The position numbers and the translations under genes are program-made. From a virus (taxonomy: Duplodnaviria > Caudoviricetes): a stretch of 57,611 nt of DNA. Below the pieces are notes generated by a model. The model was not told where the DNA came from. It saw only the letters and a program-made list of their open reading frames with translations, and searched no databases. This document shows, piece after piece, positions 47,116-55,901 of the stretch. The stretch spans positions 1 to 57,611 of the IMG/VR virus record IMGVR_UViG_3300033407_000017. The stretch is one strand, 5' to 3'. Every line of letters starts with the position of its first letter. The stretch's first letter is position 1.

Positions 47116-47733
47116 ATGAAGGCACCTGAAGAGTCTGTTCTCAAGAAGGCGTTGGCGCTCCACCAGAAGGGCGCCAAGATGAAGGAAATTCTTGAGGAGA
47201 CAGGTCTGAACTATTCTCAGGCTTGGCTTTACATCACGGATGCCGAACTTCCTCAGTCACAGCGAGTTTCCCAGGCGAACAGAACTCCTGCTACGGTCAG
47301 GAAGTTGCGTGAAGAGGGAGATTCGTGGGGGCTGATCAGTGTTAAGTTCGGATATCTTGAGTTCTCAGAGTCCAAGATCCGATCCATGTACCAGGAGTTC
47401 ACAGGCAAGAGAAGTCAAGGCTTGAGGATCGGTCGTGGTGGGCGCTGGTATGGGGACGAGCCTCGGCTCTACAACGGAGTTCGTCGTCGGAGCGGTGTCA
47501 GAATCGCAAAGGGTGTGACGAAGGGTCACGTTCTTTCGGTAGCGCCTACTCTGCCTGATGATGTTGCCGAGATCACTGAAGACGGGGTCAAGAAGACCCC
47601 CGGTGGAACTCGTGCAGCGGCCAAGGCTACTGGCGTGGTCAAGGCTGGAAGGGCGAAGAAGGCTACGAAAACTACAAAGACGGTCCGGAAGGCTAAGGCA
47701 GCGGCAACGACCAATAAGGATCCGTTCGAATAG
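47116..47733 (+). CDS. tandem-HTH protein with histone-like tail (paralog 2)
   Basis: ILEETGLNYSQ; DSWGLISVK; SQGLRIGRGGR; AKKATKTTKTVRKAK. Confidence 0.82.
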   Translation: MKAPEESVLKKALALHQKGAKMKEILEETGLNYSQAWLYITDAELPQSQRVSQANRTPATVRKLREEGDSWGLISVKFGYLEFSESKIRSMYQEFTGKRSQGLRIGRGGRWYGDEPRLYNGVRRRSGVRIAKGVTKGHVLSVAPTLPDDVAEITEDGVKKTPGGTRAAAKATGVVKAGRAKKATKTTKTVRKAKAAATTNKDPFE

Positions 47734-47763
47734 ATCCCCGACACGCTACCTCCTGTCGGGAAC

Positions 47764-47796
47764 GGGGGAGGGGGTTTCGGCCCTCTCCCCCACTTC
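47764..47796 (+). terminator. GC-rich hairpin, probable terminator
   Basis: GGGGGAGGGGGT TTCG GCCCTCTCCCCC; weak U tract. Confidence 0.55.
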
Positions 47797-48027
47797 TAGA
47801 AGGGAACTTGTTGTGAATAGGTTGCGAGCGGCCCTTGTATTGGACTTCTTGCTGACAGCCCCGTTGGGGTTGGCCGGGTTCTCATTGGAATTTTTCATTG
47901 CTGTTGATTCTACCGGGTCTTCACCACCGTTCATGTTCATCCAGATTTTTGGTCCTGGAAACAACTCAGTGCTTAGTCTTCCTGACCCAACCCGCCATGT
48001 ATAGAACTAGAGAGCGTTGTCAGAGCG

Positions 48028-48057
48028 TTGTCAGAACGTGCTTCTATGAGATAATGT
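48028..48057 (+). promoter_or_regulatory. promoter preceded by an 11-bp tandem repeat
   Basis: TTGTCA-N18-TAATGT; (AGAGCGTTGTC)x2 at 48011-48032. Confidence 0.55.
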
Positions 48058-48084
48058 CTTGGTAGGCTACTATAGGAGGTAGAA

Positions 48085-48969
48085 GTGGAAAGAGGCGATG
48101 TTCTTAGAAAGGTGCAAGCCCTTCTAGACAAGGCAGACGCAACTTCTTTCCCGGAGGAAGCGGACGCCTTGAGGCAGAAGGCCGACGACATGATGTTGGC
48201 CTGGGCCATTCAGGAACATGAACTTGACCAGGCACGTCCGGTTCATGAGCGACGTAAGCCTGGAAAGCGTATTGTTCATGTATGCGGGCCAAACTCCGTG
48301 ATCAGAGAACAACTTGCTGATCTTCTTGCTGCCATTTCACTTCACTCAAGGTGCAGAATTGTATTCCATGGTTTAGACAGGAGGTTCAAAGACCGCGAAC
48401 TGACTTCAACAGTCGTTGGTTATGAATCAGACCTGGACTATGTTGAGATGCTCTTCACTAGTCTCCGAGTTCAGATGGCAACCAAACTTGAACCAAAGCC
48501 TGACCCAAACCTCTCCTTTGAAGACAACCTCGTCATTATGAAGGAAGCAGGAATGAAATGGCAGAGGATCCATGCGTTGCTCTGCCCTGATACTCCCTGG
48601 GAGCGTCGGCACGGCGTTCGATACACCGGGATCTATACGAACTTCTGCAAGCGTCATGAAAAGTCAAGGATGTATACGGCCCCGGGAACGTATTCAAAGA
48701 ACTTTGCTCTCGGCTTCGTAAGTGAGATAAATCGCAGACTGTCGTTGATCAGGAAGCAGCAAGAGTCCGACCATGGACCGATGGATATTGTTCTATACGA
48801 CGCCGCTAACGCTGTGAACCAAGCGTTCCAGGATGCTTTCCCGAACCTTCGTACGGCAGCGATCTCGAAATATAAGATGGATGGCGCAGCATTCAATCAA
48901 GGAGTGGGCGCCGGGTCCAGGGCTGACCTTGGACAAACGAGGATGGCTCCGAGAAGGGAACTAGGGTGA
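48085..48969 (+). CDS. DUF2786-domain protein
   Basis: LRKVQALL.KA..T.FPEEA.A...KA..MM..WAI; VGY.SDL..VEMLFTSL..Q; G.RADLG. Confidence 0.85.
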   Translation: MERGDVLRKVQALLDKADATSFPEEADALRQKADDMMLAWAIQEHELDQARPVHERRKPGKRIVHVCGPNSVIREQLADLLAAISLHSRCRIVFHGLDRRFKDRELTSTVVGYESDLDYVEMLFTSLRVQMATKLEPKPDPNLSFEDNLVIMKEAGMKWQRIHALLCPDTPWERRHGVRYTGIYTNFCKRHEKSRMYTAPGTYSKNFALGFVSEINRRLSLIRKQQESDHGPMDIVLYDAANAVNQAFQDAFPNLRTAAISKYKMDGAAFNQGVGAGSRADLGQTRMAPRRELG

Positions 48970-49090
48970 TGAAATCTTGGTGGTTGCTTCTTTCATTAGG
49001 GGCTTTGATTGGTGCTGTAATGCTCAACTCATTGCTTCTAGCATTCCTTTGTGGAGTTTGGGTTGTCTTTGCTCACCCAGAGGGGAAAAG

Positions 49091-49426
49091 ATGAAGCATG
49101 TTCCAGCGATCAAGAGGTCTCCTCCTGAAGAAACTATGTTCAGAAAGAAATGGGGGCATACCGGGAAATGGACGAGGTTCCTAGTTGATTGTTATGAAAG
49201 TCCTGAAGAGTGGATGAGAACACCTTGGCCGGTGTCCCAAATATCCAGATCAGCGATTCAGGCAGCAAGTGACCTTCGTCGTGGGATTCTAATGAAAGTT
49301 CAGAAAAAGATGGATGGCACCTGGGATGCTGTTCATGCGGTTGATACTGATGACAATGGGCTTGAACACTACTATGTTTTCGCAGTTTTTTATCCAAGCA
49401 AGAACTACCGGAAACGGAAGAAATAG
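49091..49426 (+). CDS. hypothetical protein
   Basis: GAGGGG RBS before ATG 49091. Confidence 0.5.
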   Translation: MKHVPAIKRSPPEETMFRKKWGHTGKWTRFLVDCYESPEEWMRTPWPVSQISRSAIQAASDLRRGILMKVQKKMDGTWDAVHAVDTDDNGLEHYYVFAVFYPSKNYRKRKK

Positions 49427-49528
49427 ATGAACTTATTAGAGTCCGAGTTATTTTGGTATGTATTGTGTGTTGGAATTGTTATTCTAATTGTTGTTGATGA
49501 GTTTCGTAAGAGGAGCAGGAGGAGGTAG
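49427..49528 (+). CDS. 33-aa membrane peptide (not in ORF track)
   Basis: MNLLESELFWYVLCVGIVILIVVDEFRKRSRRR. Confidence 0.5.
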   Translation: MNLLESELFWYVLCVGIVILIVVDEFRKRSRRR

Positions 49529-49638
49529 TGTTGCGTGAAGATCCACTTGACCCCGCTAGGGGTTGCATGATAGGAATTCTTTGTGGTGTCATGGTGTGGG
49601 TATTGGTTTCGTATCTCCTGTACCTTCTTGTGAAATGA
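49528..49638 (+). CDS. 36-aa membrane peptide (not in ORF track)
   Basis: MLREDPLDPARGCMIGILCGVMVWVLVSYLLYLLVK; AGGAGG RBS. Confidence 0.55.
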   Translation: MLREDPLDPARGCMIGILCGVMVWVLVSYLLYLLVK

Positions 49639-49646
49639 GGGTCATA

Positions 49647-49832
49647 ATGAGCAACCTTCCTCCAGGAGTAACGGGGAATGAAGATATATTCGGACCTTTC
49701 GCAGAGAAAGAAGAGGAACTATACTGTGAAGAATGTGAAAAGAAAGTTCTTTGCCTGGTCCAGTATTTCAATAGCTCTCGCGTGGTGGTGTGTCCAGAAG
49801 ATCATGAGTGGGAAGAAGACAGACCAGAATAA
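49647..49832 (+). CDS. small Zn-ribbon protein
   Basis: MSNLPPGVTG; CEEC ... CP..HEW. Confidence 0.65.
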   Translation: MSNLPPGVTGNEDIFGPFAEKEEELYCEECEKKVLCLVQYFNSSRVVVCPEDHEWEEDRPE

Positions 49833-50364
49833 TAAGGACCAGGATAAGCGGCCATATCAATACGACACAGATTTTCCTCAGTTCACTCCAATGATAAACA
49901 GGAAACCTCCAAATGATCAGGTCGGGAAACTTGGTTCTGGTTGGGCCGGGCTTTGGATCGAAGAAGACAAAGAGGGAGGCTCTATTATTCTGGTAGAGAA
50001 GGAGGGGGCAGAGCATTTTTGGGAATACCACACCAATCTTGCTATGAGAGAAGCGTGGGTGTCTTTTGAGAAGTCTCTTGAGACCAAGAAACCAAAGCCT
50101 GGAGATTTCGTTCTTGTCCATAAGTCTGGACCCTGGGGAGAATGGGACGTTTATCAGGTGGGCGACACCGAGGAAGAAGTAAGGGCAGTAGCCGTTGACT
50201 TCCCAAGTCTTTATCTAGGGGTACAATTCTGTATTGAGAGAAAGGTTAGATTTGGAGAGTTAGAGTGGGATGTCTGGTTCCTTGACACTGACGGCGCCTA
50301 CTATCTCTTGGATGAAAAAGATGGTTCTCCACCACCGGACCATGTGGCGACGAACGGAGAATGA
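49804..50364 (+). CDS. hypothetical protein
   Basis: Long acidic ORF in the run. Confidence 0.55.
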   Translation: MSGKKTDQNNKDQDKRPYQYDTDFPQFTPMINRKPPNDQVGKLGSGWAGLWIEEDKEGGSIILVEKEGAEHFWEYHTNLAMREAWVSFEKSLETKKPKPGDFVLVHKSGPWGEWDVYQVGDTEEEVRAVAVDFPSLYLGVQFCIERKVRFGELEWDVWFLDTDGAYYLLDEKDGSPPPDHVATNGE

Positions 50365-50454
50365 ACCAAACGAAACTAGTCAACGACGACTCAATCCGCT
50401 AGTATGACGACGCACCCCAAACCGGGGAGTAGAACCAAAGGAGATGATGGAAGA

Positions 50455-50967
50455 ATGGCAACAGATCAGAAGACGATTGATAAGATCGTCTCTCTTCGCA
50501 ACAAGGAAAGTACCTGGGCTGATATTGCAGAGGCAGTTGATCTTCCCCAGGGTAAGTGCATGTTCCTGTACGACCAGGCCACAGTTTCTTCAAGTGAGCG
50601 AATCACTGGAAAGACTGAAGACGACCTGAAGCGAAAGATTGCTAAGGGTCGTCAGGAAGGTTTGTCATGGGGTGTGCTCTCCGCCCGATCCGGCAAGTCT
50701 GAAGGCTATTGCCGAAAGGCTTTCGAAGAGGTTACGAACGAGTCTGCTCGTGGCAGTCGGGTTGGCAAGGGCGGTCGCTACCCGGAAGGCGAAGCGCCTG
50801 CAAAGGCCGCGAAGTCAACGAAGAAGGCTGCAAAGAAGACTGCAAAGGCTTCAAAGACGGTCAAGAAGGCTTCCGGAAAGGCTCCTGCCAAGAAAGCCAC
50901 GAAGGCTACCAAGGCAATGAAGGCCAAGAAGTCCACGAAGAAGACTTCAAAGAAGGAGGCTGCCTAA
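50455..50967 (+). CDS. tandem-HTH protein with long H1-like tail (paralog 3)
   Basis: TWADIAEAVDL; LSWGVLSARSG.SE; GSRVGKGGRY; APAKAAKSTKKAAKK... Confidence 0.85.
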   Translation: MATDQKTIDKIVSLRNKESTWADIAEAVDLPQGKCMFLYDQATVSSSERITGKTEDDLKRKIAKGRQEGLSWGVLSARSGKSEGYCRKAFEEVTNESARGSRVGKGGRYPEGEAPAKAAKSTKKAAKKTAKASKTVKKASGKAPAKKATKATKAMKAKKSTKKTSKKEAA

Positions 50968-51266
50968 GCCTCGGATTACGAGAACAAGATAATAAAGTTC
51001 AAAGGAAGAAGAACCGGCGTGGTGCAGACCGTGAAGGTTGGCAAGGTCCTCAGGTTTTCCAGGGAAAGAGGGGAACTTGTATTTCAAGACCGAGCAACTG
51101 GTGGCACCAGAACTATTGCAACAGGAACGATAATGGAAGTAGAGTAGCGTGCCGGTTTGGCCGGGCGGTGACGTCCAAAGGGCGTCCCAGGGGCCAGCGT
51201 AAGGCCTCGGGAACCGGAGGGTGGCGCTAGGCTTACCCGTAAAGTTCCCGAGGCCTTACACGCTAA

Positions 51267-51599
51267 ATGAACAAGGAGATAGAAAAAATGGAAAGATCAG
51301 TGGTAGACTATCCAGTAGAATTTCTGAAGTGTCGTGGATTTCATCACAGTTGGGACGACTCTTCAGGTCCTGCTAATCCACCACGTCTCCAGTTTGGAAC
51401 CCACTTTTGGTGGTTCTGTTCCGACTGTACGATGTATCGCCTTGACGTTGTTTCCCGTGACACCGGGGAACTTCTTTGGCGTACCTATATCCAGCCAAAG
51501 AACTACAAGGCAAAGGGTCCGATCACAAAAAGTGATTGTAGAAAGCGTTATGTTCGTCTTGGTAATAAGAGAAGGTCTAGAAAGAAGTATGCAGCATGA
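51267..51599 (+). CDS. putative Zn-binding phage protein
   Basis: L.CR...H.W, C..C.M.R.D, Y..P..Y; start may be 51288. Confidence 0.65.
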   Translation: MNKEIEKMERSVVDYPVEFLKCRGFHHSWDDSSGPANPPRLQFGTHFWWFCSDCTMYRLDVVSRDTGELLWRTYIQPKNYKAKGPITKSDCRKRYVRLGNKRRSRKKYAA

Positions 51600-51621
51600 A
51601 AGAACTTAAAGTAAAGGATAT

Positions 51622-51990
51622 ATGATTTTGAGGAAGCCACTTTTTGACTTTGGTCACGTCCAAGTGTTCGGAGATATAAAGTTCATAAGAACCAAAGGCT
51701 CTGGCTGGTTCGAAGAAGATCCTCCATTCTCACATATGCGAAGGATGGATGCTGTACGGAACTCGGTGGCTTTGGGACACTTGTTGTGTCTTACGTCTGG
51801 ACCATATCTAACAGATGAGAATGGAAAACCTAAGTGGGGGTTCATGGCACAATGTACGTGCGGTAGATTTAGTGCCAAAGGCACGCGGGAAGAGTCTATT
51901 AGATTCATGATAGAAGCAGACAGGTGTTCTCTTCCAGAGTGTGCCTTGGAGAAGTTTAGAGAAACAAATAAACGAATGTCTTCTTATTAG
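51622..51990 (+). CDS. hypothetical protein
   Basis: H ... AQCTCG; AAGGA RBS. Confidence 0.5.
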   Translation: MILRKPLFDFGHVQVFGDIKFIRTKGSGWFEEDPPFSHMRRMDAVRNSVALGHLLCLTSGPYLTDENGKPKWGFMAQCTCGRFSAKGTREESIRFMIEADRCSLPECALEKFRETNKRMSSY

Positions 51991-52001
51991 GGATCAAGTT
52001 C

Positions 52002-53906
52002 ATGATCGAGGAAGACGTGATCAAACTCGAGGCCACGATTGGTCCTTCTGGAAAAACTATCGACGTTCGTTTTGAGTATGATCCATATCTTGTTTTCACC
52101 ATCAAAACAATTCCAGGAGCAAGATTCGTCAATGCGGCAAAGGGCGGGCCACTTTGGAGGCTACCGTTAGAACTTAGTATTGGGAAGGATCTTAGAAAGG
52201 CTTTTGGAAAAGCATTTGTTCCGGACCTGGCACTCAAAAAGTGGGCGATGAGAAAAGCAGAAACAAGAACAAAACTAAGAGAGATTGCTCACGCAGAGAA
52301 TGTGGAACTAATAGTTCTTCCTGATGCTCTTCCAGAACTTTATCGTGCGCTCCATGTTGGTCCGATCGGTAAAGCAATGCCAGAGGAAGAGCTTGAAGAG
52401 ACGTTCTCCTCAAAAGAGGCCTCATACCAAACCGCTGATGTTGCTTTCATGGCACACGCTGAGTTTGCAATCAACTCAAATCAACCTGGGCTCGGGAAAA
52501 CCCTAGAGGCAATCGCCACCCCATTCGAAATGGGAATAGAAAACGGGCCAAAACTCGTGATCGCCCCGGTTACTTCACTGGAAGCAACATGGGTCACAGA
52601 ACTCTCTAGATGGCAGTATCAAGATATTATTCTATGCTCTGGAGGAAAAGAACGCAGACAAGAAGCAATTGATGCTGCTTTAGAATACGTCAAAGATGGA
52701 GAACCTTTTTGGTTTGTGGTAAATCCGGCAACTGTTCAATATCAGCAAATTAAGGAACTTGATCCCGTTAGTGGAGAACCAACGGGTAAGCGGCAGTTGT
52801 GGCTGAAACATCCAGAGATTCATGAAATAGACTGGAACTATATTGTTCTAGATGAGTTTCATCAGTTCGGTCTTGGAAATCCAGACACCCTTACGGCTCG
52901 TGGGTTGTTCGAGCTCAAAGCACAAAAGAAAGTTGCAATGTCTGGGACTCCAATTCAAGGAAAGCCAATCAAACTATTCGGTGTGTTGAAGTTTGGTCAT
53001 CCAGAACAATATACTTCCAGGTGGGCATTTGCAGAACAATGGTTGGTGATTGATTCTAATCATTGGGGAAAAAAGATCGGTGATGTTCGCAAAGAGCGTG
53101 AAGATGAATTCTATGAGTTTCTTGGTCAATGTATGATCAGGAGAGAAAAGGCAACTGTTCTTCCATGGCTTCCTCCTAAGGATCACATTGACCTATGGGT
53201 GTCCATGGGTCCGAAGCAAAGCAAACAATACGAAGCCTTTGCTGCCGACGCTGAGATTCGAATTGATGAACTACAACTGACAGCGAACGGGATTCTTGCA
53301 GAATATACTCGTTTGAAGCAATTTGCTATTGCTGTTCAGAGAATTGAGCCAGTGGATGATCCACCCTATGCCAAGCCATTCCCAACTGAGGAATCTTGTA
53401 AACTAGATGCTCTTGAAGAACTTCTTCTTGAGAAAGGTATTCTTGGGGACAACGTCGATGAGAATGCCCAGGCTCTGATTTTTAGCCAGTTCACCCAGGT
53501 TGTCAATATGGTTGAACAGTGGCTCAAAAATAAGCATGTAAGAACTATGAAGATTACCGGAGAAGTTACTGGCAGAAAGCGTGGTGAAGCACAGGCAATA
53601 TTCCAGTCTGAGAAAGTAGATAGGCCTCAGGTTGGGATTCTCAACACCACCGCTGGCGGCGTGAGCATCACGCTTGACAACGCTGATACCGTAATCTTCC
53701 TGGATGAAACATGGGTTCCAGACCACCAAGAACAGGCAGAAGATAGAGCACACCGTGGTAGTAAGATTCATCAAGTTACCTGTTATTACATCAGAACTAA
53801 GGGTACGATAGAAGAATATATTCATCGCAGAGTAACCGAGAAAGACAATATCAATAAAAGAATTCTAGACTTTAGAGGCGAGGGGCTCCGTGCAACCGGG
53901 GATTGA
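52002..53906 (+). CDS. SNF2-family helicase
   Basis: QPGLGKT, LDEFH, MSGTP, LIFSQF, QAEDRAHR. Confidence 0.93.
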   Translation: MIEEDVIKLEATIGPSGKTIDVRFEYDPYLVFTIKTIPGARFVNAAKGGPLWRLPLELSIGKDLRKAFGKAFVPDLALKKWAMRKAETRTKLREIAHAENVELIVLPDALPELYRALHVGPIGKAMPEEELEETFSSKEASYQTADVAFMAHAEFAINSNQPGLGKTLEAIATPFEMGIENGPKLVIAPVTSLEATWVTELSRWQYQDIILCSGGKERRQEAIDAALEYVKDGEPFWFVVNPATVQYQQIKELDPVSGEPTGKRQLWLKHPEIHEIDWNYIVLDEFHQFGLGNPDTLTARGLFELKAQKKVAMSGTPIQGKPIKLFGVLKFGHPEQYTSRWAFAEQWLVIDSNHWGKKIGDVRKEREDEFYEFLGQCMIRREKATVLPWLPPKDHIDLWVSMGPKQSKQYEAFAADAEIRIDELQLTANGILAEYTRLKQFAIAVQRIEPVDDPPYAKPFPTEESCKLDALEELLLEKGILGDNVDENAQALIFSQFTQVVNMVEQWLKNKHVRTMKITGEVTGRKRGEAQAIFQSEKVDRPQVGILNTTAGGVSITLDNADTVIFLDETWVPDHQEQAEDRAHRGSKIHQVTCYYIRTKGTIEEYIHRRVTEKDNINKRILDFRGEGLRATGD

Positions 53907-54378
53907 CGAAAATCTTCTCAATGATATTCTTGAAAGTGAGTGGGGAAGGGCAACCTTTGTCGACTTTCAGAAGAAGGGATTGTGCGGAGAGATCAAGTCT
54001 TCTGGCAGGAGATGCACAAACAAAATCATTGAACGGTTTGAACTAGACCCAGATCTTATTACCAATAAGGTTTCTGTCGGAGCGTGTGGAGTTCATGTTT
54101 CTGACGTTAAAGCAAGAGTTAAGTTATTCTCTGAAAAAAGATGGCGTAAAGACGAAATACAATGGCAAGTCCAAGAGGCTGAAAGAATCCTGCCTATTCT
54201 TGAAAGTCTTGGGTTGCATTTTGAGATGGACTATCGTCAGTTTTACGTAAAATTCACAAATATCGGACATCTCATTGCAAAGATGATTGAACTTGGAGTT
54301 ATAACTGAGGAAGAAATAGAACAGAAATTCTTAGAGGAGAAGGAGCGACAAAAGGAGGGGGAGGCGGGATCCGCATGA
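53890..54378 (+). CDS. hypothetical protein with Cys/His motif
   Basis: C......G.RC ... CGVH. Confidence 0.55.
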   Translation: MQPGIDENLLNDILESEWGRATFVDFQKKGLCGEIKSSGRRCTNKIIERFELDPDLITNKVSVGACGVHVSDVKARVKLFSEKRWRKDEIQWQVQEAERILPILESLGLHFEMDYRQFYVKFTNIGHLIAKMIELGVITEEEIEQKFLEEKERQKEGEAGSA

Positions 54379-54707
54379 GAATTGACCATATGATACTTGC
54401 AGAAGTTAAACTTCCAAATGGAGCAATCGTTTCTTTTGCATGGCCTAAGGTTTGGACGATTGCCATTTGTGCGAGCGATGTCGCCAATGCATTTTTCCAA
54501 AAAGAAAGGAAACTAGGAAAAGCATATTCACTCAGGGCAGTTTTTGTTGATCAGAGTGAAAGAGACCTTGGCCCGAAGGAAAGATCAGTTGGTACAGTTT
54601 TGTATTCTGGTGGAAAAGTGGCATACTATGAGCTTATTGATATTACTGACGTTGATGCCATTCAAAGAGTTTTAGCAGAAGACGAAAAGAATATTTCTTC
54701 TTTTTAG
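54375..54707 (+). CDS. hypothetical protein
   Basis: ATGA-coupled; GGAGG RBS. Confidence 0.55.
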   Translation: MRIDHMILAEVKLPNGAIVSFAWPKVWTIAICASDVANAFFQKERKLGKAYSLRAVFVDQSERDLGPKERSVGTVLYSGGKVAYYELIDITDVDAIQRVLAEDEKNISSF

Positions 54708-54713
54708 AAGTCC

Positions 54714-54835
54714 ATTATTATTGTGTTTCATACGCGCGAGGCGAGACGAGACTTGGCGCAAAACGAGATGGATGAACCATGAGAGAGTGGTGCATTATCT
54801 CCCTCACGCGCTCGCACATGAAACACAATAATAAT
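54714..54835. repeat. inverted-repeat element B
   Basis: Perfect 18-bp arms ATTATTATTGTGTTTCAT (54714-54731) and ATGAAACACAATAATAAT (54818-54835). Confidence 0.9.
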
Positions 54836-54849
54836 AGATTTCCAGATTG

Positions 54850-54878
54850 TTGTGTGATGGGAGGCAATGCGGTATGCT
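54850..54878 (+). promoter_or_regulatory. housekeeping-sigma promoter
   Basis: TTGTGT-N17-TATGCT. Confidence 0.6.
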
Positions 54879-54981
54879 TTTATTCAGAGCGAGGTCGGGT
54901 TCGGACCAACCCCCAGTCGGTCCTTCCTGGCCCCAGGGAGCCCGGCCTCGCTCAACATTCTATCATAGTTAGGAGATAGAA

Positions 54982-55317
54982 ATGGATTTTCCAGAGATTG
55001 TCGTGCTTTGTGGGTCAACTAGGTTTTTTGATGCTTTTCAGAAAGCCAACTATGAACTTACTATGGCAGGCAAGATCGTGCTCTCGGTAGGATTCTATCC
55101 ACACGCTTCTGCCGAGCACGGGCATGGAGAAGGTGTTGGTCACGCCTCAGTAGAAAAGGTCATGTTGGACGAACTTCACAAGCGAAAAATAGACCTAGCC
55201 GACCGAGTTCATGTTCTGAATGTCGACGGCTATGTCGGAGACTCTACTCGCAGCGAGATCGAGCACGCCAGGGCGCTTGGGAAGCCGATCACGTGGCTGG
55301 AGGAGCCGACACCATGA
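54982..55317 (+). CDS. nucleoside 2-deoxyribosyltransferase-like fold protein
   Basis: LCGSTRF, LH.RKID..D...VLN..GY.G.ST..EI..A...GKP. Confidence 0.75.
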   Translation: MDFPEIVVLCGSTRFFDAFQKANYELTMAGKIVLSVGFYPHASAEHGHGEGVGHASVEKVMLDELHKRKIDLADRVHVLNVDGYVGDSTRSEIEHARALGKPITWLEEPTP

Positions 55318-55538
55318 CACGCGAAGAAGTGATCGCTGAGATCACACAACAACGGCACGACGACATGCCGCTGGAGTTGGCACACGACATCGAGGCCGCG
55401 ATTCGCGAGTACGAGGAGTCCCCCGAAGTCATCGAACGCTCAACGTCGGCCTTGGTGTCCGCGTTGGAGCACACCGCCGTCGATGAAGAAGTGGCGCTCG
55501 CCGTTCTTCGTGCGGCGCGCGGTGGGGAGGAGTCGTGA
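55314..55538 (+). CDS. hypothetical protein
   Basis: ATGA-coupled; ends GGEES. Confidence 0.6.
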   Translation: MTREEVIAEITQQRHDDMPLELAHDIEAAIREYEESPEVIERSTSALVSALEHTAVDEEVALAVLRAARGGEES

Positions 55539-55708
55539 ATTCCCCGATGCCGCTGTACCCAGGACTGATGTGCTGCATCTGCTTCGCTGCCATCACAACG
55601 GAGACATGCGCCGTGGATATATATGGGGTGAAGTGGGATGTCTGCCGAGGTCAGTGCGCCCGCGATGCTGGGTGTATTGAGCGTGGTGGGAAGGATCGAG
55701 ATGACTGA
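55535..55708 (+). CDS. 57-aa Cys-rich protein (not in ORF track)
   Basis: GTGA-coupled; CCICF...TCAVD..G.KWDVC.G.CA. Confidence 0.55.
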   Translation: MNSPMPLYPGLMCCICFAAITTETCAVDIYGVKWDVCRGQCARDAGCIERGGKDRDD

Positions 55709-55901
55709 AATCCGGCGTTTTGTGAAGACACGCAGCGGGTGGTCCGAGTGGGGGAAGTCTTTCGATGAGATCGTTAGAGACATACAGAGAAAGGCCGACG
55801 GCCCTGCTGAGATCATCGAAGTGCAAGTGCGTCGGTCGGCAGCCGTTCAGTACGTCGTGGTTGAGGGGGAACCGTCCGAGCGTGGTGGGGAGGAGTCGTG
55901 A
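55701..55901 (+). CDS. hypothetical protein
   Basis: AAGGA RBS; ends GGEES. Confidence 0.55.
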   Translation: MTEIRRFVKTRSGWSEWGKSFDEIVRDIQRKADGPAEIIEVQVRRSAAVQYVVVEGEPSERGGEES

